A DNA stretch of 54,200 nt, the filler included, from Bipalium vagum (taxonomy: Eukaryota), in assembly GCA_037834085.1 (NCBI GenBank). It is 3 parts of 3 records of this genome, joined end to end, with 100 filler letters (N's around TTAATTAATTAA, not from the genome) between each part and the next. Parts side by side here need not be neighbours in the genome. Positions count along the whole stretch, not along the records: positions 37,057 to 54,200 come from JBBMKC010076806.1; 2 more parts are not named here. The stretch is one strand, 5' to 3'. This document shows positions 37,681 through 50,909 of the stretch, piece by piece. Made by a program: the position numbers and the translations under genes. The number at the start of each line of letters is the position of its first letter. Position 1 is the first letter of the stretch. Under the pieces are notes generated by a model. It was given only the letters and a program-made list of their open reading frames with translations. It ran no database searches and was not told the DNA's origin.

Positions 37681-38826
37681 CGTGGTGTCCCCATGGAAAG
37701 TAAACTTAACTGTTTTGCATTAAATTCAATCGATTGAAAGTTTTATTTATATAATATTAAAGTATATAACTTTAAGTTTTGTTTTAATATTTTAAAATCA
37801 GATTTACCAAATGCCGCTTGATTTGAAGTTAAGAATCAAAATTGTACTTTTAATGGCTAAATTCAACTCAATTTGTGTTGTTAAACGGAAATTAAATGCC
37901 GAATTTGGGAAAACCTCATCAAGTAAAAGTGCTATAAGAGAGACTTTCCATCGTTTTTGTGAGATTGGCTAGGTGGAAGATCGTGGACGTTCTGGAAGAC
38001 TTAGACTGATCATTGAAGATGAACTTCAGAAAATGAATGAAGTTATTGAAAGTGACCCACAATGTAGTGTTCGATCTGTCGCAACCATCTGCTCCATTTC
38101 GAAAACAACAACCAATCTAATTATGTGAGAACAGTTATCATTGAAACCTCTTAAGATCCATTTCACGCAGGAATTACATGAATATGGTTTGCAAGACAGA
38201 GTTGAGATGTACAAAACCCTGGTTCCAATGTTAGAAAATGTGTATATTCAGAAAAAATATTTTCTTTTCAGATGAAGCAACGTTTTACCTAAAAGGATTA
38301 GTAAATAAACATAACATCAGATAGTAATCCATATGTTACTTCTGAAGCTGATAGAATATTTCAAGAAGGTGAATGTTTGGTGTGCTTTGTCAAAAAATAA
38401 AATTATCGGTCCGTATTCCTTTGAAGATGAGACTGTTAATGGCCAAAATTATCTATCAATGCTTCAAGACTATTTTATATTTGAAGTGAGGAAAATGTAC
38501 AAAGTACGGTCTGTGGTATTTCAGCAAGATGGAGCTCCTGTGCATTTTTCAAAAAATGTACCAAGGTATCTTGATGCTCATTTTCCGAACAGTTGGACTG
38601 GAAGAGGTGATTCAATTCGATAGGCTCCAACTTCACCAGATTTAACTCCTGATTTATGTATAATTATCAGTTAATGGTCGTCATTTCGAACAACTGTTGT
38701 AAATGTTTTTATATGAAATAAAAATTAAAAGATTTGTCTTTAATTTTATAAAGCAAGCGATTTAATATCTCAATCTGCTTAAGAAATATTTAACTTTAAT
38801 TTCCGCGAGGACTTATGGGACAGCCT
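37681..38826 (+). mobile_element. Decayed, internally deleted rosa/DD41D-type ITm transposon
   Basis: MPLDLKLRIKIVLLMAKF (ATG 37811)...EDRGRSGR...FSDEATF...VNVWCALSKNKIIGPY...FQQDGAPVH...WTGRGDSIR*APTSPDLTP...NGRHFEQLL*. Spacing from the QD aspartate to SPDLTP fits DD41D. Degenerate termini GGTGTCCC / GGGACAGCC. Confidence 0.8.
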
Positions 38827-38879
38827 ATATCATGTATCAGAACAATAAAATGTCAAGATCTAGAGTCTTTAAATTTTAT

Positions 38880-39060
38880 TCTCGCTTTTATGAAGATCCT
38901 TTCGATAATGACAGAAATGGTCGTCAATCTATCTTCAGAAATTCTGAAAACATGGACAAAATTATATTAGAAATTGTTCAACCCGATAGACGCATTGATT
39001 AAAAATGCTCGAATATGAAACTGGAATCAATAGAGAATCGATACAGAAAGAGTTGATTAA
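38880..39060 (+). mobile_element. Mariner HTH2 fragment
   Basis: DNDRNGRQSIFRNSENMDKI...DRRI...YETGINRESIQK. Confidence 0.5.
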
Positions 39061-42000
39061 GGATTAATGTAGGACAATATATATGTATAAAGGATGTTCT
39101 AAGTACATTCAAGTCAGTGGTGACTACTTGAGTAATGAAATATGATTTATTGTTGTCTTATGTTACTTTTTTTATTTTTGTACAGCTAGAGTCCTGGTTG
39201 GTTCATGTATATACAATGAAACATTGAAAACTTCAATGTGAATACTAAAAATGTTCAAAGTAACGAGTCTTAAATTATCAGAAGTGTTCATTGTACACAG
39301 GTTTAAATTACAGTGAATTTTCATTGTCAAAGGTTTATTTATAAACAATTCATGTTTTTGGACAATATTTATCCAAGGTTGTCTCTTTTTCTATTCGATT
39401 TCTAATAGACTCGATTTCTAATTTAACAATATCTTTCGGGACATTCATTGTTATGAAAGAAATAATTTTAAACTACTTCCAATGTTTGTATAATTTCCGA
39501 GAGGCATAGAAAAATAGATAACTTGGCAACATCATCTTCATCATGTTTGCTGTCATCTTCAATTGGACTTATTACATAACCTTCCCAGTCTTTATTAAAC
39601 AAATCAATAATTCTTCACAGATTCCTCTTTCAAGAGTTAGCTTACAGTATTCTTGTCCATCATTACTGGATATGTCAAAGCCTTGTAAGTCCTCTTGAAT
39701 GCCAAAATGATTGGCCACCCCATCAGCAGATATTTGCATTATATGCATGAAATAAATACTTGGTGTTTTTGTAACTTTGTTTTAATATATAATTTATTAC
39801 GTTAAAAAATTGGTTCAAGGTTTGTAGAGTATATTTGAAAATGGCGGGACTGTTAATTTTTCTGACGACACTGCAGTAATGCAAACTTTAACATCTTATG
39901 ATGGGATAATAAATTTTTTTATTTTGACTTTGAATTTTAATAATAATTCATTTTTTTTATTAATTTTATGAAATTTCGAAGAAAATTGGTAAATGAACAA
40001 ATCGCGAACTTCGTCTCGATTGAATGGGTTGTTTTGTAGAAATGTACTCAAGCAGGACACCCACTAATTTCTGAACTACAAGAACCAAGGTGGTCATGCT
40101 TCACTGAATTTTCTTAAATTTCCAGTTCTGTTTTAGGAAAAGATCCCGGCTTGAAGATAATCAATCAAATGAAGAGACAAAAATAATCGTTAATGTTTTT
40201 CTAATCAAATTTCTCGGAACATTGCTGATCTGAAGATTATAATTTTATTCTAATTTATTTTAAAATGTATTGGCACTTTCAATTAATACTGGAAAGATTG
40301 TACAATAATTCTGTGATGATTTTAATATAATAAAAGGGACTTTTAACATAATTAAAATTAACCAAAATTTCACCTTAATGGTAAAAATATACGTTTTCTT
40401 GTCAAATACTTTGCAAATGTGCAAAATCCTGAGATTTTTAAAAGAAAATGATTTATAATAATAATTATTATTATTCTTATTATTTTTTAATATTATTATT
40501 TTAAGCCAATCCGATTTCCGCTAACATAATTTATTTTTTTTGTAATTAATTATCGCGTAGAAAAACCTCATTACTTTACAACAGAAATAAATTGGTGCTT
40601 ATATTTTTCATACTAGAGGCAAAAATGAGTTTCAATAAAAATATTTCAATATTATAATATTTTGTTTTAATAGTCCAAATATTCTATGGAAAAGTTTCCC
40701 GTTAATAAAATCAATGATTTGAAACGAAAATAAAAATAATATTCTCCTTATATCCATTCATTTTATAAGCAATCCGTTGGATTTGTGAAATAAATAATGA
40801 GATTATTTTCGTTTCCATATTTTCCAATTAATTCCAACATTCCATGTTTAGAGATAATTTTCTAATCTTTTTCTTATGAAATATTCCTTCACCCAAATCC
40901 AAATTATTTAATTATAATTGCGAAAGCTTTGGGAAAATAGTACATCGGTTTTGAAGTCATCTAACCATGTTAATAATAGGAGAGTTTCTTTGAAATTTTC
41001 CGAGGAAAAGATTCTCAAGAAAATCATTTCTCTCTTCTCGAAAAAAGATTTGTATATTTATTTTATTTTATTTTCCATTTCTAATCAGATTTTTGTTTAT
41101 TTTCCAATGGAATTTCTGATTAATTGAGAGAAATATAGATTTTTTAAACCGCAATTAATTATTCCTGCATTACATCAACATTAATAAGTATTAATTATCA
41201 TTTATTTTTATTTATTTCATCTTACTTTCCTCCAGAATAATTGGCCAATGTTTATGGACATTATTCCAGTAATGAAATGTATGAAAAGTCTTCATTAAAA
41301 CGAATACTGAATTTCTAATGATACATTCCATTTGGATGGTTCTGGGAGTACCTGTTTCAATCATATAATTGATTTATTAAAAATAAATCTTATAACTATT
41401 ATTATTTATTATTTATGGATTTTTATTATTATTTAATTTCATTCATTTTCGATACCAAAAAACAAAAGAAATATATATTCAAAAAATTATTTTTTTTATT
41501 TTAAAAATAATTAATTAATTTTAATTTTTTATTTAAAAATTAATATGAAATTCAAAATCTTTTTAAAACTTGAATATATAATTAATTAATTTATAAATAT
41601 TAATTAATAATTAAAAATAAGAAAACTTATAGATCTATATTTTTTTGAATTACATTTTTATTTATTAAAAACAATTTAATGAAAATCGAATTAATATTAT
41701 TCTATTAAAACAAAAATTATATATGATATAATTTTATTATATTCGGAGGTAACATTTAAACAAAACCAGTCATTCTTTGTTTTATTGAGGACTTCTTTTC
41801 TTAGGTTGATATATTTGTAATTTCTTTTAAGAGATTAGATTTCAAGAACAATTTTAAAAGATATTCACCTTGACTTAGATTTTATTAGCATGACAAAAGA
41901 ATGCAATTTTTATTTAAAATTTTCATTTTTGTTAAATTTAAATTTATATATTTTAAGTCAATAATTTTACGGTCTCACAATTTTAAAAAAATTAAAATCA

Positions 42001-43289
42001 ATTTTTAAAAAAATAAGATAATATTAACTTTTTCCTATTCTTTATAAATGTTATTTTCAAACAAAATAGTGTTAGATGAACAAAGTTTTGTGTGGAATTG
42101 AACATAGTTCACCGATTTTCATCAACAATTCCTTTTACCCCGAATCCATATGTCAAAGGCCAAGAGATAAATAGGCAACGGTAGGGATAATTTAATTTTT
42201 TACAAAAAATAAAAGAAAAAAAATTATTCATATATGGGAGTAATTTTTTTCAATATTATTAAAGGAAAATGTTTTAAAATTTATAATATTCAATTCTTTC
42301 TGCTATCCCATGGATCAGGTTAAAAAATTGAATTGTAATTTACAACGATTTATGACTATTATCACATTATAACACAACATAAAAATATTTCATTCTTTAT
42401 TTTGATTGGTTTTTGATATTTTCATCTGCTGTTGATTGATTTCTGTTTTTATGGAAACATAATAAAAATTTCTTTTTATTCTTTTCCACTGATGATCGGA
42501 TATTTTGTGTCAATTTAAAAAAACGATAGACATAAAATTTTATCTAAACTCTTTAAAGATGATAGAGAATATCAAAAGAATAAAACTTGAGAATAACTCA
42601 AGGGATGGAGAAAAAAAATATTATTATATTATGCAGACTCATTTTTTATATTTTAAAGAACTTTATGACACATCAAACTATTAAAAATATTTTATTCAAT
42701 GAAGATATATTTGATTAAACAATTTATTTTCATTAAAAAAAGGAATATATGATAATCAATAAAAAAATGATTTCTCTTCTCGTCTGTATTTCCATCTGAA
42801 AACATTTTGAATTAAACTGTTGATATCATTATACCATGCCTAGAGGTTCAATTAATCTTAAGACTTTTTCATTTATTGTCCCATTTTGCCACAGCACTTT
42901 TAAAATAATCAATTTATAATAAAAATGTAAAATATAATTTCTGTAGGATTATTAGAAATATTGACTGAAATTATTTCTATCTAATGAAAACATGTTAAGC
43001 TGAAAAAAAATTAGAATTTAACAAAACCAGTTATTTTTTTATTATTTAAAAATAATTAAATATACAATTTTTGTTGTATATTTATTATTATTATTTATTA
43101 TTATTGTATATATATTATTGATAAAATAAAAATAAAAGGAAAGAACTTGAAGTAAATTAATTAAAATAAATAATTATGTTAATTTATGTTATACGTTATG
43201 ATTTTCTTGTTCTTTAACATAAAAGAAAATAAATAAATCCATAAAATAATGAGAATATTGATTGTAAACATTGCGACAATAGTTTTGAG

Positions 43290-44890
43290 AAGGCATGAGA
43301 TGTCTTAGAGATTTTAGGAGAGAAAATAAAATGAAAAAGCGCGCAAGTAAAATATTTTTGCATCGTATCCTAACTGGGAACAAAAGAAATAGATAGATTT
43401 CGATAATTCAAAGCGTAGAAATTGCTGGAGCGTCCCAGTTTAACCGTCATCATCGATTGTAAAACTCACTATTCGTGAGAAGGCATTGTTGGATCAGGCA
43501 TGGCAGGATCAGAAGAGTGTGCTTTACTAAGAGCCCTTACAACCTAGTCAAACAATTATTGGTGACTGTTATCAACAAAAACTGTTTAGTTTATGTTGTG
43601 CATTGAAGGAAACACGATCATTGTGAGCTGAAAGACATGAGAAATTAATTTTTTGTGCATGATAGCTCTCGGTGCCTGGTTTCAAAACCGGTAAAGGAAA
43701 CATTGAATATACTTGGTTCACTCACTCATCGTATTAGGTCGACACATAAGTAATGTCTTTTTTTTTGGAAAACTTTAAATAACAAAAGAAGTCGCAGATT
43801 AGATATATTAACTAAATACATAAGCACCATTGTCTTCTCCGATGTCATTCCATTTAAAAACTAATTTCATAAGGCCATCTTTATAAAAATTCTGTAGTTT
43901 GGAATCGAAGAAGTCTTGGATGGCTATATATTTCTAGCTTCATGGAAATCGTTTTTTTATCAAAAAATGTTACATTGCACGGAAAATATGGTAGTCAGAA
44001 GGCGCGATGTCAGGACTATAAGGAGGATGAGATAACAGTTCCCAGACGAAGTTCTTAATTTTCTGGAGCCTTTTCATGTTGAAGAATTACTCTATTTCTG
44101 TTGGTCAAAGCTGGCTGCTTCTTTTCAAGTTTTTTCTTCAATCTGTCTAACTAGGCACAATACACAACCGCTGTTATCGTTTTAACTGGTTGCAACTGCT
44201 CATAATGAAAAACACCTCTAGTGGACAACGAAACATTTAATAATACCTTTTCCCCATGAATATTTGGTTTTGCGGTGACTGCAGGTTTTTTTCCACATTA
44301 GAGCCATTGACTTTTACGACTAGAGTTGTCGTACATAACCCATTTCTGAAAAACCATCTCTGGCAATTTCTGATAGTAACCTCTGCTGTCGTTTTATCAT
44401 ATCGAAATTCATATAGCATACAATGGTGTATATGATTTTCAATTGGTATTTTCTCTGCAATTTCTACAGATTTAATGCATATCATCAAATTATTCAGAAA
44501 AATATTAAAACATTAAACTTCGTAAATTCACCCCCAAAAATATTAATTTGATATATTTAAACAAGTTACTTATTGATTGAATATTAATTATTAAAAAACG
44601 ACAATACTTATTTGTCGACCTAATATTCACCAGACATTGTTCAATCTGATTATTACTTGCTTGGATCGACGATGCATATTATCTTTGGACATTGCTTCCA
44701 CATCTTCAAGCATGTCAAGAAATTGATTGATCAGTAGATCTTATTGAAACAAGAAAACCTTTTGAAGCCATTTACAAACTACAACATAAATAGGCAACAG
44801 TTGTAAAATGTAATGGAAATTAATTTGAATAATAAATTTTGTTGAAATAAACATTTTGCACTCTGAAAAAGTCATTTGCAACTTGTACAC
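43290..44890 (+). mobile_element. Mos1-like mariner relic, split by a nested insertion
   Basis: FLHRILTG...DNSKRR...HDSSRCLVSKPVKETL...THR-Y | YSPDIVQSDYYLL...VVKCNGN*FE. Confidence 0.75.
43734..44623 (-). mobile_element. Internally deleted mariner (890 bp) with intact TIRs
   Basis: TA TSDs; TTAGGTCGACACATAAGTAATGTC / GACAATACTTATTTGTCGACCTAA. Minus strand HIHHCMLYEFR and HPPYSPDIAPSDYH. Confidence 0.9.
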
Positions 44891-45399
44891 CTATCATCAA
44901 ACTTTAAAATAGACACAGCTTTCATTTTAATCAACCGTTTTAAAGAAAACCGTGAATACTCTCTGAGATTGTTTTCTCATTAAAACGTAGTCAGAAAAGA
45001 AAACATCTGTGCCGCCTTAGAAGTATTATTTTTAATTTGTTTCAATGTACTGCAGAGTATTTATTTTCCTAATCAAAACAAAATTCAATCAATTAAATTT
45101 TATTATTCTCTTTGTCGTTGTTTTAATTTTTTGACTGAACTGATTATTTACAAAACTTTTTTATTACATTATTGGGTTTATAACATTTCCGATTTTCCTT
45201 TTTACGGCCATCACTAAGAGTACTGTTTAATGACAATTTTATATCTAATAATTCTAGATCTAATTTCCTTGTGACTTAGTAACATCAAGCTAATATTTGG
45301 AAGTTTACCAAGATAATTCCTCACCATGCCTTCAGTAATATGATGACAGACTAATAAGACTAAACCTTCGATTTGTAGTGCTGAGGAATACCTTCTTCT

Positions 45400-45720
45400 G
45401 AGATTCATTTTCCAATTTATATCAATTTTGTGGTCTACATAAATCTATCTTTAACAGCTAGAAGACGAAATTATATATTTTGTTAGTGCTTCTATGTTGT
45501 TCACATCCATGGCGACGATTCTGCAAGTTTTCTCACATAACACATTCCATGCCCTAAAACAGTAAAATGATTTCTTCTCAAATATTTGGCGATTTCCCTG
45601 AAACTTATTACACTTTCATGAAGTCCTTTTATTTTACTTTTATTCCGATAATTGAATGAAATGTTTATATCTAGAGTTTGTCTATGAAGTTGTAGTTTTC
45701 TTAAGTTCGGCATTTCTATG
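45400..45720 (-). mobile_element. Tc1-like transposase N-terminal relic
   Basis: KIKGLHESVISFREIAKYLRRNHFTV (paired-like HTH); same family as 16140-16400. Confidence 0.65.
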
Positions 45721-46274
45721 GCAAATTACAAAATAAAGTGTTCAGATACCCGAGTATTTATGGTTTTATTTTATGAACATATAGTTATCCTTTTAATATT
45801 AACTTACATTTAAAATATATTTTTGTTTATCTGAAATTAATCAATTATTTGCTGAAAATGGAAATTACAATTTTCGATGCATTTCTGAATGGATCTCGCC
45901 GTGGAATAAACAGCAAGAGACATAAGCGAAACGTTTGCTGGGAAAATGACCAACAAACAGTTAGCTTAATATTGGTTTAGTTGCTTTTGTTTGTGAAAAT
46001 TTTACCTTGGTAATGACATATGATAATCGAAAACGTACAACAGTGTTTGCTCTTCCTTCTCAAGAAATTTATTTTCACTTCGGAACTTCTGGTTCTATCG
46101 GTGTACTGTGCGATTAGCTGCAGTACCATCTTCCCAAGCGCTGTTAACATTCAACCAGTTTCAAACTTGTTGATACTGAAATTGGTGAAAAATCTGTTTT
46201 ATTTTCGTTAGGTTTCTGAGAAACTTCATTCAAATATTTATCATTTTGATTATTTTCTTAAGATTCCCTTTGAA

Positions 46275-46306
46275 TTCCCGAAAAGTTCCCGAAAAGTTCC
46301 CGAAAA
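46275..46306. repeat. 11-bp tandem repeat x3 (TTCCCGAAAAG)
   Basis: Directly visible in the sequence. Confidence 0.85.
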
Positions 46307-48273
46307 TCTTTATTTAGTCGTGTGATGTATCGTTGGCATATTCTAAAGCAAGTTGTTTTTTAATAGAATTAATTCTTTAGATTTTACACAGACTTGATAA
46401 TAACAGATTGATCTTGCTAAAAAATCAATGAAAAATGATTTTCTCTAGGATTTTTCTTTCCTGGTCGTGTGTAACATTGATTTTTGTTGGCTAATAATGG
46501 AATATTTAGAGATATTTTTCAATCATTGTGAGAGTCATTTTTGAATTTTAGATGAGGCATCTTATCAGTTGTGAGCTCGCTAATGTTATTATTTTGTAGG
46601 GATGACATTTTTTCCCTGGCTATATATTGTAGAAATTTGTATACTAAAATGATATTTCTATCATTGTGTTCTTAGGTATCTACAGTTTTATTAAAGTCGT
46701 TAATCAAATTCGTTCTGATATGCTATTGCAGTGATTCTGAATAGTGCTTTAAAAATGTTGAGATTTTGAAAAATTTTCTGATAATTTTCAATGAAATTGT
46801 TTGGATTACCAATATTATATTTTTCTTGTTTTATCTACATTGAATCTTATATTTACGCCAAATAATTTATCCTAATGGAATATGTTTTTAAGATCGTTAA
46901 TGTTCAGGATCTCAGTAACATTTGTTTTCGACTTTATTATCTGATTAACATATAGCATTTGTTTAAAGCATTAGTTTACGAGTCAAAACTTTGGAACTGA
47001 AGTGATGATTTTTAATTTCGTGACTTTATTAACTGTTTATTATTCAAGTCATTACCTGTAGATATCATTGAACGTTTGGATTATTAAAAATGTGTCATTA
47101 ATTTCCAAATGATCTAATGATATAGAATTTCAATTAAATCAATAATTAAATAATTATATTTTGTAATAAAATTAAATCTATAATTAGATAAAATAATAAA
47201 AATTATGGACCACAAATGTTATTAATTATTTAATAAAAAAATCGTCGACTATCCGTGAGATGAGATATTATTTAATTTTACCAATTTTATTTTATATTGA
47301 TGTTTTATAAATGTATTATCATATGATCCCTGGATTTAATATATATCCATCATCAATAATAATATTAAAAAATGTGTGAATATATAAAATTAATAAATTA
47401 GAGGAGTCTCTGGTTTCTCTTAATGATTGATTATGGGAAACTGTTCTTTTTATTTAATTATCTCTGAGAATTTATCACAAAAATCATTTTTGATTTATTT
47501 AAAAGAAATTAAAAATTTAAGAATTGTTAAACTCTTCGTGGGTTAATATAATATTTGGGTTTTCTTGACTTTTCCTGATAAGATTAATTCAATTAACAAA
47601 TAAGATTTTGTCTCCTATGACTGTTTTTTAATTAAAACCCGAAATAAGATTTTAATTATTATTCTTATTACTAATTAAGTCAATTATTAAATAAAACTTC
47701 ATTATAGAGTATTGTTAGATTTGTAGATTTGAATATGTAGAAACTGACTTACCCTATTCATAGGGAAGGGCACCGAAAGAGGACTTACTTTCTCAAAAAG
47801 TCATGTGAAGCAATAAAAAATCAGTTAAGGTTTAATATAAGACGCTTTTTAAAATATAAGACAATAATTTATATTTTCTTTATCAATATCCCGTTTCAGT
47901 GAGTTGAAAAGCACACCGATTTATCCGATATCAGAGTCTTTATATTTTCCCATCCAAATTTTATCTATTTCTATAAGAATTAGATCTTAGTAAATGTTTT
48001 AAGCTCATCCACACATATGTATGCGAACCTGTTTGACGATCTAGAAAGTTTTCTGAATGATAAATAAATTGATGTGTAATATCTTAATCGGAAAAAAATA
48101 TTCTGGTATGCTCCCCATCAGTCGTAAATAAAGTATCATTTTGATGATAATGGATAAGTGCATGTCACATACTGATTCTATCTCGTTTTGAAAAATTTAA
48201 TTACCGCATCTTTTGATATAGTATCTATCATTCATACAACCAATTTCTCTGGATTCATCGGTTCTCTATTGTA

Positions 48274-49578
48274 TTAGGTTGGTACATAAGTTCCCGTGTT
48301 TTGTATTGAAAATTTTTTTGTGAAAACCAACTATTATTTTATTAATATTACAAATTATAAATCAATCAGTAATATAGTCTCCGTTATTGTTCACGACCTG
48401 CTCCCAGCTCTAGACCAATATGTTGATATCATTTCTCCAGAAATCGCCAGTTCGGGTCTCGAAGAATCTGTTGAGTCATTTTTGAGATCGTTCTTGAATG
48501 TCACACCCCTCATTTGATTGGATAATGAGCGGTAGAGGTGAAAGTCAGTTGGCGCATGGTCAGGAGAGTACGGCGGATGTTGAAGAATCTCCCATTTGAG
48601 CTCTGGGAGGGCTATTTTGACTATATTCGCTGTGTGTGCCGTGCGTTTTCATGAAGCAAAATGACATGACTGCGACAATCGGAACTTTTCAACTGGATAG
48701 CTTCGTTCATTCTTTGCAACTGTGGTTCTTTGTTAATAGTCTTATTTTTTCAAGTATTTCCCTGTGCACTAAGCCCTCCCAGTTCAACGATAAACATATC
48801 ATTGTTTTCTTGGGATGAAGTTCTTTTTTTACACTTGGATTAGGCGTGACTCCTTTAGTTATCCACTCTTTCCTCTGTCTCATATTGATGTAGAGACACC
48901 ATTTCTTGTCTCCCGTGACGATTCTCTGCAGAAATCGTTCCGTGTGGCCGCATGTCACTCAGTGCCGAGCAAGATGTTGTGCTGCAATTTGGAGACGATT
49001 TTCTTTGTCTTGGTCGCTGAGCTTATGAGGTATCCAAGCTCCAAATTTTTGTTCAAAGCCGATCGAATGAAAACATCTGAGGATTGTCGGATGAGTGCAG
49101 CCAATTTTTCAGCAAGTTCTCTGGATGTTTGGCGACCATTCTCCTTTAAAATCTCCTGAAGACGTTTTTCGTCGAATTCTGATGGTCGACCAGAACAAAA
49201 TTTATCTTCGAGATCAAACTTACCCTTTTTGAATTTGTTGTACCATTCTTGAACGGTCCTTGTACCAATTGCATTAGTGTCATAGACAGCAAAAATGTCT
49301 CGTGCTACTTCTGTAGCTTTCTGACCACGGCAAAAGACAAAATATAATAAATGCCGAAAATTATTTTTTCGCTGCTTGGAATATCCATTTGTAGATCTAG
49401 AAAAATGTATAATTAAGTATAATGTAAATGTATTATGCATAATTGAATGAATAATGATTACATGCTTGTAGCTTAAAAAAGCGCTTGCAAAATAATTACT
49501 TTTGCTCAGCAAAACAAAGCTGAAAATAGCAAGAATGACAAATTAAAAAAAAACGTGGGAACTTATGTATCAAGATAA
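48274..49578 (-). mobile_element. Full-length (1305 bp) mariner with a frameshifted transposase
   Basis: TA TSDs; TIRs TTAGGTTGGTACATAAGTTCCCGTG / CGTGGGAACTTATGTATCAAGATAA. HTH FRHLLYF..GQKATEVAR, SGRPSEFDE, IVTGDKKW, HPKKTM, HENARHT, HPPYSPDHAPTDFH. Confidence 0.95.
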
Positions 49579-50393
49579 TATTTTCGTTTATTTATCAACT
49601 TTTAGTAAGCCTGGACAATATGACAAATCTACTTAAATTGATATTTTCTTCATAGATATGCTTCATAATGTAAGTTCATAATAGTAAATTAAACTTGAAA
49701 ATATTGTGAAATAAACTTTCTCGGTCTCATGTTTGGTATATGAAAGAATTTATTTTCTTCTCAGTAAATTAACAATAAATATTATAGAAAACCTTTGTGA
49801 AATAAATATGGGTTTACATTGATGAACTATTTTCCTTGAAAGATAATACTTCAGGTAAAACAGACCAAACCCCTGAACCTTACAATCAAAGTTGAAGGTT
49901 GGAATTTTTTTTATCCGACTTGATTTTTAACTCATAAAACTTATTAACAGGATCAAGGAGTTTTACATTATATAACGAGTTAGAGGGTTTTATCGATCCC
50001 CAGGGTTTAATTAATGTAAAAATCCACCGTACTCAACAGCAATTGAAAAGGCACAAGCAACGTTTAGTAATAAAACTAGTCTAAAGCTGGTAGGAATTAT
50101 TTAATCAATATTTTTATTTTGGGATTTATTTGCACTAGTTTAGAATTAAATTAAAGTTCTAAAATATTAATAAGGAATAAAATCAATTTCCACCTATCAA
50201 TTTAGTGGTTATAGAATTTCACTAAACTATTTTAATAAAATCCGTTAAATTAAAATTATTTCATTACTTTTAATCTTGTTTTCATTTTAATTTTAATTTC
50301 AAGTAATTATTATTATTTTATTATTATTATTATTTATTATTTATTTTTTTATTTTTTTTTTAATTATTTTTTTTTATTACTTTTTTTATTATT

Positions 50394-50602
50394 NNNNNNN
50401 NNNNNNNNNNNNNNNNNNNNNNNNNNNNNNNNNNNNNNNNNNNNNNNNNNNNNNNNNNNNNNNNNNNNNNNNNNNNNNNNNNNNNNNNNNNNNNNNNNNN
50501 NNNNNNNNNNNNNNNNNNNNNNNNNNNNNNNNNNNNNNNNNNNNNNNNNNNNNNNNNNNNNNNNNNNNNNNNNNNNNNNNNNNNNNNNNNNNNNNNNNNN
50601 NN
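50394..50602. other. Assembly gap (209 N)
   Basis: N run without the linker, following a low-complexity T/ATT tract. Confidence 0.95.
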
Positions 50603-50909
50603 TTCCTTCAATTTATGAATTATTTCTTTGATTTCAATTTTGCTTTCCAGTGTACCCCAAAAGCACAAGACTGACAAAGGGAAAGGGTTTCATTTTGGAT
50701 ATTCATAAGAATGTCATTGTTGTTTCTGCCATTCCAATGATTGATGAAGGAAGCTTCTCGGAATTCCGAAAAATATGCTCAACCTATGCCCTGCCGAAAG
50801 TGGCTGCTGCAGCTCTCATTGGCCTTCGTGGTCATTGGCCAATTGATCAGTGACCTTAGATATTTCTGTAAAACTGCTTTGTTGAAAAGCAAGTATCATT
50901 TTAGAAATA

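Noticed and set aside
39430-39750. Acidic decayed minus-strand frame, possibly a piggyBac N-terminus
   Set aside because: No catalytic motif or termini identifiable by eye.
46320-47100. Possible CR1/L2 LINE relic on the minus strand
   Set aside because: Similarity too weak to support without a search.
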